Part shown: positions 32,892 through 40,291 of the stretch, piece by piece | How positions within the stretch are numbered: the first letter of the stretch is position 1 | How the letters are laid out: every line of letters starts with the position of its first letter | From: Candidatus Bathyarchaeota archaeon RBG_13_60_20 | Lineage (GTDB): Archaea > Thermoproteota > Bathyarchaeia > TCS64 | Assembly (NCBI GenBank): GCA_001775965.1 | Contig: MEZG01000035.1 | Location: 1 to 42,120, forward strand | DNA: 42,120 bases | Direction: 5' to 3' | Notes under the pieces: model-generated | Seen by the model: the letters and a program-made list of their open reading frames with translations, nothing else | The model's database searches: none | What the model was told of the DNA's origin: nothing | Made by a program: the position numbers and the translations under genes

Positions 32892-34982
32892 CTAGGCCCC
32901 GGGTGCTCTTCTCCGCATAACCACGTAGCCCACGGCCACTAGTACAACGACGACCACCAGGCCGGCGTAGTACATGGTGTAGTCCGGGGGCTTCTCTTCA
33001 ACGACCAGGTTGTAGTCGTCGCGTGAGCCGATGCCTACCGCCGTGACGGGGGCCGTGAACTCCACGGTCACAGTGTATGTTCCTGGGTTGATGGTCGCCG
33101 TATCAAGGGTTACCGTATAGGTTCCGTCGGCGGCTGCAGTGCCCGTGAATGTCTTCACTGTGGCTCCGGCCGCGCTCATCACCGTAGCCGTGTACGTGCC
33201 GTTGGTGATGGCATCGTCGCCCACTGTCACCTTCTTAGTGAAGGGCTTGGTGTCTCCCTGCGTCAACGTGTACGTGGTGTAGCCGAGGGTGCTGTCGGCG
33301 GGCTTCAGGAACCATTTGGGGTTCGCCTCCACCAGCACGTACTCTCCCGGCTTGTACTCCTTGAACTTGTAGGGGCCCGTGCCTATGAGGTTACCGTCGG
33401 CTATGGGCTGGTATCTTACGCTGTCTTCTATGTTCTCCCAGATGTGCTTAGGTATCATGGGTACGTTGGCCCCCACCCAGTGGAGTGCCCAGAAGCTTGT
33501 GGTGTTCAGGTAGGCTACGGCGGTGTATGTGCCGGCCGTCTCCGCGTTCTGCAGTCCCTTCAGGTAACTGATGTACACGGGGTTCTCCTGCTCCTTGGCG
33601 TAGGTCCAGGTGAAGACCACGTCCTCGGCCGTGAAGGGCTTGCCGTCGTGCCATGTCACATCGTCGCGCAGGTTGAAGGACAGCTTAAGCCCCGAGCCTC
33701 CCCCCGGAGGCGTCCAGGGCTCAGTGGTCCAGCTCTCGGCCAGCCACGGCAGCTCCTCGAACGTTGTCGGGTCCAGCTGGATCAGCGAGTCATATATGAC
33801 GTTGTTCAGCATGGAGTCCCACCACCAGTTGATCTCGTACATGGGGCTCGGCTGCTGGGGGTCTGAGGTCCAGCCCACGTTGAGCACGGAGCCGTACTTC
33901 TGTGTCTTATCGGTGGCGAAGGTCATGGTGAAGGCGTTGGTTACTCCGCTCCACCAGGGCAGGTCCACCACGTTCTTGAGCCTCGCATTGTAGGGCGATA
34001 GGTAAGCCTTGGCGTATAGGGGTATGAAGGGCACCTGCTCGGACAGCAGGTACTGGGCCTCGTGAGCCCCCTCCAGGCACTCCTCGTAAGTGGAGCCGAA
34101 CTTGAGCCTGTTAAGGGCCGCGTCCACCGTGGCGTTCTTGAACATCTGGTAGTTCTGGCTAGGAGGCGAAGTGGAGTGGAATATGTCCCACAGCCAGTCT
34201 ACGTCCGGGCCTCCGCCCCAACCAGAGGTGTAGATGTCGTAGTTCTGCTCGAGGAACACCAAGGGCGATGCCACGGACCTGGGGACCTCCTGGAGGTCGT
34301 AGGGGATGCCCACTATGTCCATCTGGGCAGCCAGCTCCCTCGCCGCGTAGATCCTGTGGGGGTGCTCGGTCCTGGCGATGATCGTCAGGGGCCTCATGGT
34401 CTCCCCTGTCTCGGGGTCGATGCGTTTACCGTCAGACCCCTTGACGAAGCCAATGCCGTCAAGGATCTCCCCAGCCAACGTGGGGTTGAACTCGAATGTT
34501 ACGTACTCTGTGGCAGCCCACGGCCCGTAGCCGGGAGACTCTATGAAGGTCTCGATCACGTACCCCAACCCCTGCAGGCCCTCCCTCACGTACTTTTCCT
34601 TGTCCACCAGGTGGGCTATTGCCTGCCTGAACTTGGTCAAGGTCAGAGGGTACCTCTCACACTGGAACGAGTACCCCCACATGCCCTGCTCAGCGGACTG
34701 GGCTGTCTCGATGGTGCCTGCGGTGAGCCCCGGCTGGATGTCGGGGATCTGCTCGGCCTCGAAGAAGTCCATGATGTCCACGTCGCCGGAGAGGAGGCCC
34801 GCGACCTCTGCCTCCGATGAGGCGTAGATCTTGAACCTTATCTCCTTGAAGTAGGGGCCCTCGAGGGGTCCGATGGATGAAGAAACCGCGGCCGTCGCCA
34901 TCGGCTGCAACAGGAATGACAGTAGCAGCGTCGCAGCGATCAGTAGAAACTTTCCTCTGAGGATTAATCTAGGGTTATTCAT
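32892..34982 (-). CDS. family-5 peptide/oligosaccharide substrate-binding protein with C-terminal Thr-rich Ig-like module and TM anchor
   Basis: 696 aa. It has a signal peptide (LLIAATLLLSFLLQPMATAA) and an SBP_bac_5-like core. A tail of about 90 aa rich in GTYT repeats (GTYTATV, GTYTVTL, GTYTVTV) follows, then PPDYTMYYAGLVVVVVLVAVGYVVMRRRAPGA. Confidence 0.85.
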   Translation of the reverse strand: MNNPRLILRGKFLLIAATLLLSFLLQPMATAAVSSSIGPLEGPYFKEIRFKIYASSEAEVAGLLSGDVDIMDFFEAEQIPDIQPGLTAGTIETAQSAEQGMWGYSFQCERYPLTLTKFRQAIAHLVDKEKYVREGLQGLGYVIETFIESPGYGPWAATEYVTFEFNPTLAGEILDGIGFVKGSDGKRIDPETGETMRPLTIIARTEHPHRIYAARELAAQMDIVGIPYDLQEVPRSVASPLVFLEQNYDIYTSGWGGGPDVDWLWDIFHSTSPPSQNYQMFKNATVDAALNRLKFGSTYEECLEGAHEAQYLLSEQVPFIPLYAKAYLSPYNARLKNVVDLPWWSGVTNAFTMTFATDKTQKYGSVLNVGWTSDPQQPSPMYEINWWWDSMLNNVIYDSLIQLDPTTFEELPWLAESWTTEPWTPPGGGSGLKLSFNLRDDVTWHDGKPFTAEDVVFTWTYAKEQENPVYISYLKGLQNAETAGTYTAVAYLNTTSFWALHWVGANVPMIPKHIWENIEDSVRYQPIADGNLIGTGPYKFKEYKPGEYVLVEANPKWFLKPADSTLGYTTYTLTQGDTKPFTKKVTVGDDAITNGTYTATVMSAAGATVKTFTGTAAADGTYTVTLDTATINPGTYTVTVEFTAPVTAVGIGSRDDYNLVVEEKPPDYTMYYAGLVVVVVLVAVGYVVMRRRAPGA

Positions 34983-35057
34983 TTTCCTCAGAATAGGCTT
35001 GGAATTGTAATGTATTTATCAATTTCTATAAATAACTGCTTGATCCCTATTCCTTTG

Positions 35058-35606
35058 ATGCTTTTAGGGTCAGGTGAGGGCCGCGATCAAGGAATATGGG
35101 AGATAGCGGAGTACCCTGCACCGCCAACGCAGCGCTTGGTGTCAGGCGCCGTGTCGCTCGTATCACTGATACTTTTCGTCAGGGCAATCGGCCCGGAGCC
35201 TGCGCTTCAGGATGCAGCCCCTTTTCTTCTGCTAGCGTCGGCAACATTTATCGCCGTGTTCGTGCCCCTGTTCCGGGAGTTCAGGGACGTGAGGCGGGCC
35301 GTCGTCGAGGGTAAACCCTATGTTAAAAGAGCTGGAATTGGGAGGCCGTGCGCTATTATATGGGCTCTGTTTATACTTGCAGCCATTTTAGGGCCCTTCA
35401 TGTTGTCTGCTTATCTACAACCTGTCGCATGGTTCAGCGCGGTGTTAGGCTTAACCTCGGGGTTTTCATCCTCCCAACTCGTCTTCATCTTATACGTAAG
35501 GAGCTGGGAGAAGTCAAACGATGTAAAGTTAGAGCAGTACAGGGTCTTGCTTTACGGCGGCGAGGGCAGGTTAGTAGTGGAGCGGGGCGTGAGGGCGAGG
35601 AGATGA
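35058..35606 (+). CDS. hypothetical polytopic membrane protein
   Basis: The ORF is open from 35010. I prefer ATG 35058, which is 28 nt downstream of TCTATAAATA (35025-35034). There are four predicted TM helices and no recognisable domain. ATGA overlap with the next gene. Confidence 0.5.
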   Translation: MLLGSGEGRDQGIWEIAEYPAPPTQRLVSGAVSLVSLILFVRAIGPEPALQDAAPFLLLASATFIAVFVPLFREFRDVRRAVVEGKPYVKRAGIGRPCAIIWALFILAAILGPFMLSAYLQPVAWFSAVLGLTSGFSSSQLVFILYVRSWEKSNDVKLEQYRVLLYGGEGRLVVERGVRARR

Positions 35607-36448
35607 GGGACACCAGGGTCGTCGTGGGCTACCTCACACCCATAGTATCCAGCATGGCCGTGTCCCTCGGCTTCGTGAGGCTCGTCGTGAGCAGCGGCCT
35701 CGTAAGGTCCACGCCACCCACCTTGGGCGCCGACGCCTACGGTCAGGCGGTGTGGACCCTGAGTCTCACCCTCCTGGGTCTCGTCGGTGTGACCATCCTC
35801 TACTGGCTCATCACCAGGGGCAGGGACTTTGAACTACGCGTCGTCTTGGCCCTCGTCGTGGCCCCCACCTCGGCCATCCTCGTGATCATAGTGTCCCAGA
35901 CGGTGCTGCTTATGGTGGCCAAGGCCGTGTCCACACTCATGGCATCCATCGTAGTGCTTCTGTCCCTCTACGTGGCCGTGTTCAGCGTCATATTCATACT
36001 GAGCAACGCCTTCGGCACGCATGTCAGGAACTTCATCTTCATACTCTATGGGGCCCTCCTGGGCGGATTCATTAGCCTGCTGATGCCTACGGCGTCCCTT
36101 GTCGTAATGCTTGTGGCGGTGGCGGTCTATGATCTGGTGATGCTTAACTCGGGGTGGTTCGCTGACCTTGTCAATGTGCTGAGGCGTTCTGGTCGGCGTG
36201 GGGCTAGGATGAGCTATGTCACGGAGAGCATGGAGATCGGTATCGGGGAGCTCATATTCTACAGCTTCGTCCCGGCTCATGTTGAGGCGTACTACGGGCT
36301 GGAGATGCTTTTGGTCACGGTGGCTATGACGGGTGTTGGGGTGCTGCTGAACCTGTGGGTTCTGGGTAGGAGGGGGTTTGTCGCTGGGTTGCCTGCTCCT
36401 GTTCTTCTGGGGTTGTCTCCTCTGTTGTTGATGTTTGTTGTTGGTTGA
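35603..36448 (+). CDS. presenilin/signal-peptide-peptidase-like intramembrane protease homologue (A22 family, archaeal PSH type)
   Basis: 281 aa, polytopic. AVAVYDLV is the YD motif (Asp codon 36131-36133). EIGIGELIFYS sits at the GxGD position but has Glu (GAG 36248-36250). GLPAPVLLG sits at the PAL position. I start it at ATG 35603 rather than the track start at 35348. Confidence 0.6.
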   Translation: MRDTRVVVGYLTPIVSSMAVSLGFVRLVVSSGLVRSTPPTLGADAYGQAVWTLSLTLLGLVGVTILYWLITRGRDFELRVVLALVVAPTSAILVIIVSQTVLLMVAKAVSTLMASIVVLLSLYVAVFSVIFILSNAFGTHVRNFIFILYGALLGGFISLLMPTASLVVMLVAVAVYDLVMLNSGWFADLVNVLRRSGRRGARMSYVTESMEIGIGELIFYSFVPAHVEAYYGLEMLLVTVAMTGVGVLLNLWVLGRRGFVAGLPAPVLLGLSPLLLMFVVG

Positions 36449-36462
36449 GTGTGTGTGGGTGT

Positions 36463-36540
36463 TGGTGGGCCCGAAGGGACTTGAACCCATGACCACCCGG
36501 TTATGAGCCGGGTGCTCTAGCCAAACTGAGCTACGGGCCC
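36463..36540 (-). tRNA. tRNA with CAU anticodon (elongator Met, or Ile2 if C34 is modified), CCA encoded
   Basis: The reverse complement is GGGCCCG TA GCTC AGTTTGGCTA GAGC A CCCGG CTCATAA CCGGG TGGTC ATGGG TTCAAGT CCCTT CGGGCCC A CCA. There is one U-U mismatch in the T-stem. A TATA-like ATTTTTATATC (36565-36575, minus sense) lies about 26 nt upstream. Confidence 0.85.
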
Positions 36541-36564
36541 GCACCACCTGTATCGGGGGGCGGA

Positions 36565-36602
36565 GATATAAAAATGACTGCAGTGCGGTTAACTTATAAA
36601 AG
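36565..36602. promoter_or_regulatory. back-to-back TATA boxes for the divergent tRNA genes
   Basis: GATATAAAAAT (36565-36575) serves tRNA-CAU on the minus strand. CTTATAAAAG (36593-36602) lies 26-35 nt upstream of the tRNA-Glu 5' end. Confidence 0.6.
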
Positions 36603-36627
36603 GGCTGGGGGCTAGTCACAGGTGCGC

Positions 36628-36706
36628 GCTCCCGTGGTGTAGTCCGGTCAAGCATTTCGGCCTTTCGAGCCGGGGAACCCGGGTTCAAATCCCGGCGGGA
36701 GCACCA
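36628..36706 (+). tRNA. tRNA-Glu (anticodon UUC), CCA encoded
   Basis: GCTCCCG TG GTGTAGTCCGGTCAAGCAT T TCGGC CTTTCGA GCCGG GGAA CCCGG GTTCAAAT CCCGG CGGGAGC A CCA. It closely follows the canonical archaeal tRNA-Glu sequence. Confidence 0.85.
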
Positions 36707-36749
36707 CTTTCTGCTTGTCAATCCGTAGGTGGGGGGAGGGTTGTCATCA

Positions 36750-37322
36750 TCATCGTTTTCCCTCTCTCGACCCGATTATTTCGATTATTCTGTTCCACTG
36801 GGTGGCGGTGATTGGGAAGTTTGTCCCCTGGGACTGCCGCAGTATTCTTAACCCGGATAGTACGGGGTCCTTCTCGCATTCCTCTCTGCGTATGGGCTCT
36901 GTGAACAATCTGTTGGTGTACCTGATCCAGATCCTCGGGTTTATCTTCAGGGTCTCGATCCTGTCGGTGTAGTAGTCTCTTATTCCAGGGTCCTCTTTGA
37001 CGGATCTTGAGGGGTTCGAGTCCGCTTCGGCCGTCGCGTAGACGCCCCCACGGGGCCCCGAGACCCATATCACGACGTTGTCTCCTTTCCGGATGCTTTT
37101 CTGGTGCTGCCTGACCGACCAGGCCATTGCCTCTGCGTCCGGGTGGTCCTTCCACCAGTCGAGTATGCGCAGCTTACTAGGGTTTGCTTGGAACAGCCAG
37201 TGCCCCTGCCTCGCTCTGCTTGATGCCGCTGTTAGGCACGAGCCGCAGTCCGTGCAGAACTTGTTTCCGGAGAATTCCTGATGCGAATATTCTTTTTTGC
37301 ATTTGGGGCATATGTAGGACAT
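36750..37322 (-). CDS. N-terminal Zn-ribbon + EVE (PUA-like) domain protein
   Basis: 190 aa. CPKCKKEY...CTDCGS is the zinc ribbon. HWLFQANPSKLRILDWW...IRKGDNVVIWVSGPRGGVYATAEA...QGTNFPITATQWNRIIEI follows the EVE-domain pattern. The palindromic TATA ATTTAAAT lies about 25 nt upstream of the ATG. Confidence 0.65.
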   Translation of the reverse strand: MSYICPKCKKEYSHQEFSGNKFCTDCGSCLTAASSRARQGHWLFQANPSKLRILDWWKDHPDAEAMAWSVRQHQKSIRKGDNVVIWVSGPRGGVYATAEADSNPSRSVKEDPGIRDYYTDRIETLKINPRIWIRYTNRLFTEPIRREECEKDPVLSGLRILRQSQGTNFPITATQWNRIIEIIGSREGKR

Positions 37323-37556
37323 ACCACGATCATTAGTTTTAATTTAAATAAATTGTTTCTCCATGGGTTTTACGGATGTAATTGCGGACAGGGTCCCTGA
37401 GTACGCCGCGCCTCTTCTGCGTTGTGGCTTATCCTGGATGACCGCGCTATTATTCAGGATGGAATCCTAGAGATATGCTTCCCAATGAGTTTGGGGGCGG
37501 TAGAGACTGGCGTCAGCTGAGCCCTGCGCAGCGCGCCGGAGGGTTTGAATGGGGGT

Positions 37557-37620
37557 CAGGAAATATTTTTTTTTTCAGGGATATGAACCGCTACTGTTCA
37601 TATCCGGAAATTTTTTTTTA
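37557..37620. repeat. perfect 10-bp hairpin flanked by direct GGAAAT-oligo(T) repeats
   Basis: GGAAATA-T10 (37557-37575), CA, GGATATGAAC (37579-37588), CGCTACT, GTTCATATCC (37596-37605), GGAAA-T9 (37606-37619). On the plus strand this is a stem-loop followed by oligo-T, which is terminator-like. Confidence 0.55.
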
Positions 37621-38289
37621 CTAGCCCACGTCCAATCGTCGTTTGGATGTGTCGGCCAGGATATAGGTTGTTAGGACCCTGCGTTATTAGTCGCTGAGCC
37701 TCACCGTAGCCTCCTAAGGTTATACGAATGTAGCGCGGCCCCATCCTACGGGAGCGCCGAGGGCTGGAGCTTCTCCCGCTGGTCCCCAGGTTAAGGCGGG
37801 TGAACCTGGCCTTTAGGTCGTCCTCGTCGCCCAGCTGCACCTCGCTCCCCTTCATGACGCTGTCGATGATGGAGGTGAGGTTGCTCATGGCGTTCATGAG
37901 CTTGTGCCTCTGAGACTTGGAGAGTTTTGGGTTATCGAGCTCACGTCTGTACGTCTCGAAGAGGCTCCAGTTGCCCTTAGGAGGTCGATCTTGTCGAGCT
38001 TCTGAGCGTCCTCGCGGGTCATCATCTCAAAGGAGCTCCGGAAGCTACTCGTTGTGGGTAGAATAATTGATGAATCGTCGGGCTTTTTGAGGCCAAGTCG
38101 TCTAGGCTTGTTATCGACAGAAGGGACGCTCCGCCCAAGCGCCTCTGCGAGCGTCTTAACAGGGATGGAGAGATACTTCTCCCTGAGCAGGGACTCCTCT
38201 TCGCCAGTCCAAGCCCTTATATTAGACACCGATGAGTGCAGTGAAAAAAGACGTTTATGAAAGTATTTGAGAATAGTATGAATAATCAT
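37598..38289 (-). pseudogene. frameshifted gene for a Myb/SANT-like HTH protein
   Basis: ORF 37894-38289 (..WTGEEESLLREKYLSIPVKTLAEALGRSVPSVDNKPRRLGLKK.. MTREDAQKLDKIDLL) continues naturally in another frame as KGNWSLFETYRRELDNPKLSKSQRHKLMNAMSNLTS.. (ORF 37598-37897). The shift is near 37975-38010. The tail of the second ORF reads through the oligo-T/hairpin element. Confidence 0.5.
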
Positions 38290-38538
38290 ACTAGTAATAA
38301 AAGTAGGAAAACATCCGTTTAAAAATAATATGGGTTTATCAGGTCAGATGTTGGTAAGCGTCCTTATCCGATTGTATCTTACCGCGTAGACCCTTTTTCG
38401 ATTTCACTAATAGGGGTATTAGTAAAATACAGCTGATTGGAAAATTGATGGGCTGCCCTCTCATACAGCGACTAGTAATCCACGTGTAAATAATACATAT
38501 ATACCCGTGTTCAACACTTACTATCGCCGGGTGAAGCG

Positions 38539-38762
38539 ATGGATGAGAGGGAGATATACTTCACGAGGCACGCGCTGGAGCGCATGGTCCTGAGGGATAT
38601 CTCCCCTGACGATGTAGTAAGGGCCATGCGGGAGGGCGAGCGTGCCGCTGAGGGAAAGGACAAGGCTCGGTACGTACAGACGGGCAGGAGGAGGCCCTCA
38701 TCGTCATCTGCCGCGAGTACCCGGACCAGCTGAGGGTAACGGTGACCAGGAGGAGACGATAA
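38539..38762 (+). pseudogene. DUF4258-family toxin gene with a frameshift in an AGGAGGAGG run
   Basis: The N-terminus IYFTRHALERMVLRDISPDDVVRAM..ARYVQTGR is DUF4258-like. After 38686-38694 the paralog-like continuation EEALIVICREYPDQLRVTVTRRRR* is in the -1 frame (stop 38760-38762), matching ..KETLVAICDEDDERVIVITVMKRGA of 8715-8942. Confidence 0.65.
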
Positions 38763-38763
38763 G

Positions 38764-39102
38764 ATGGTAAGATGCCACGAGCATAATACAGAGTTCGAGG
38801 AGGTTACAACAGACTTCGAGGCCGGCGGCGTCATCGTCCGCGGCGTCAAGGGGCTGAGATGCCCCGTAGGAGGAGAGGAGATATTCACCTCGGAGCAAGC
38901 CTCAATCATCAAGGCCAAGCTCACGGCGATCATGAAGCCCCTGAGGCTGCGACGCAAGATCAGCACCTCGGGCAGGAGACCCGCGCTCTACATACCCGAG
39001 GACGTGATGAGGGCGACGCAGGTGAAGCCCGGCGATGATGTTGACATCTACACCGAGGGGCGGCGCATCATCATTGAGCCCGTTTCGGAGCCAGAAAACT
39101 AA
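38764..39102 (+). CDS. paralog of the Zn-ribbon/AbrB putative antitoxin (degenerate Zn knuckle)
   Basis: 112 aa. ..GVIVRGVKGLRCPVGGEEIF.. has CPVGG where the paralog has CPVCG. The C-terminal MKPLRLRRKISTSGRRPALYIPEDVMRATQVKPGDDVDIYTEGRRIIIEP is nearly identical in pattern to 8947-9276. Confidence 0.7.
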   Translation: MVRCHEHNTEFEEVTTDFEAGGVIVRGVKGLRCPVGGEEIFTSEQASIIKAKLTAIMKPLRLRRKISTSGRRPALYIPEDVMRATQVKPGDDVDIYTEGRRIIIEPVSEPEN

Positions 39103-39131
39103 TTCACGGCTATATAGGCTGAGGTACTGCT

Positions 39132-39797
39132 CTAAGCCCAACGCTCGATGAGCTTCACCGCCTCCAGAACGTTACTAGCTACTCCGTCAGCCTGATCCGA
39201 GGGAGCGCCGTCCCTCACTACCTGGATGGCTCTCATCCCGTGCTTCTTAGCGTTAGCGATGTCGAGCACCGGGTTGTCCCCGATGACCACCGCCTCGGAT
39301 GGCTCCACGCCGAGCCTGTCCGCGATGACCCTGAAAATCCGCGGATTGGATTTCTCGCAGCCCGCCTCGTAGCCCGTGCAGACGAAGTCTATGAGGTCCG
39401 CCACTTTCCCCAGGCCCCTGACGAAGAATGCTTTGGGCGTCGTCGTGGCTATGGCCGTCTTCAGGCCCAGGCGTTTCGCCCTCTCAACGGCCTCAAGGGA
39501 ATCGCCGTATAGGGCGAAGGGGTTGGCCCTGAACAGCTCGGCCAGCTCGCCTATTGTGCCGTCATCGACGTCCACCTCGAGGAGCTGGAGCGCCCTCCCT
39601 ATGAGCGCCTCGTGCGACCCGTACCCGTGCCTCGGGTACTCCACGAAGACGGTGAAGTTGAAAGCGTGCCTCCACGCCTGAGGGTAAACGGCGTACCCCT
39701 TGCTCCGCAGGAACGCCGAAGCTTCCTCGTCGGCGACGATCCGGCTGAACTCGCCCAGCGTCCTGAATAGGTCGAAGATAACCGCCCTAATCGTCAC
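39132..39797 (-). CDS. HAD-superfamily hydrolase
   Basis: 221 aa. VIFDLFRTL is motif I, IATTTP is motif II and VIGDNPVLDIANAKKHGMRAIQV is motif IV. Confidence 0.8.
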   Translation of the reverse strand: MTIRAVIFDLFRTLGEFSRIVADEEASAFLRSKGYAVYPQAWRHAFNFTVFVEYPRHGYGSHEALIGRALQLLEVDVDDGTIGELAELFRANPFALYGDSLEAVERAKRLGLKTAIATTTPKAFFVRGLGKVADLIDFVCTGYEAGCEKSNPRIFRVIADRLGVEPSEAVVIGDNPVLDIANAKKHGMRAIQVVRDGAPSDQADGVASNVLEAVKLIERWA

Positions 39798-39904
39798 ATC
39801 TATCCGTGTACTATCGTGAGAATAAAAAAGGGTGCACCAGCCGGGTAGAGACTACCAACGCTAGGAGAATCAATTTCATTCACACTCCACAAACGCGGAG
39901 CAGT

Positions 39905-40291
39905 CTAAATCATGATGACGTCTTCTATGTCAGCGAAGTGGGGGTCCCCTGTGAGAACCTTGGCCCCAAGACTTCTGGCGGCTGCAAGGACATAGGCGTC
40001 CGCGAGCCCGAAGTCGCGCACCCTACGACGGACCTCAGCGTGTAGCATCCCAGCCTGGTACGAGAGCCGCTCATCAGCGTCAACCATCGAAGAGTTGCCG
40101 TGGATAACCTCGTACGCTGTCCGGTGGTCCTTGCCTGTTCTAACCGCCTTGCTCACCACTTCTGCGAGGGTGACGGCGCAGGTGTAGACCTCGCCCCCCC
40201 CATCCAGAAGGTCCCGGAGCTTTAATCCACGTGATGTGCCGTCCAGGTACTCGACCCAGGCATACGCATCCGCGACTATCCGCTCACTCAT
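39905..40291 (-). CDS. vapC: PIN-domain toxin VapC
   Basis: 128 aa. IVADAYAWVEYL, LAEVVSK, GLADAYVLAAA and VLTGDPHF are PIN acidic motifs. 8-nt overlap with the upstream AbrB-type gene. Confidence 0.8.
   Translation of the reverse strand: MSERIVADAYAWVEYLDGTSRGLKLRDLLDGGGEVYTCAVTLAEVVSKAVRTGKDHRTAYEVIHGNSSMVDADERLSYQAGMLHAEVRRRVRDFGLADAYVLAAARSLGAKVLTGDPHFADIEDVIMI

Noticed and set aside
35348-35602. Upstream extension of the presenilin-like ORF (track start 35348)
   Set aside because: The extension overlaps the preceding membrane-protein gene in another frame and reads as non-membrane junk. ATG 35603 gives an ATGA-coupled start and a sensible N-terminus.
37493-37558. tRNA-like segment (GGGGGCGGTAGAGAC...GGAGGGTTTGAATGGGGGTC)
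   Set aside because: The 5' end resembles a tRNA acceptor and D-arm, and GGTTTGAAT resembles a T-loop. However, no complementary T-stem, acceptor 3' strand or anticodon arm can be drawn. At most it is a very decayed fragment.
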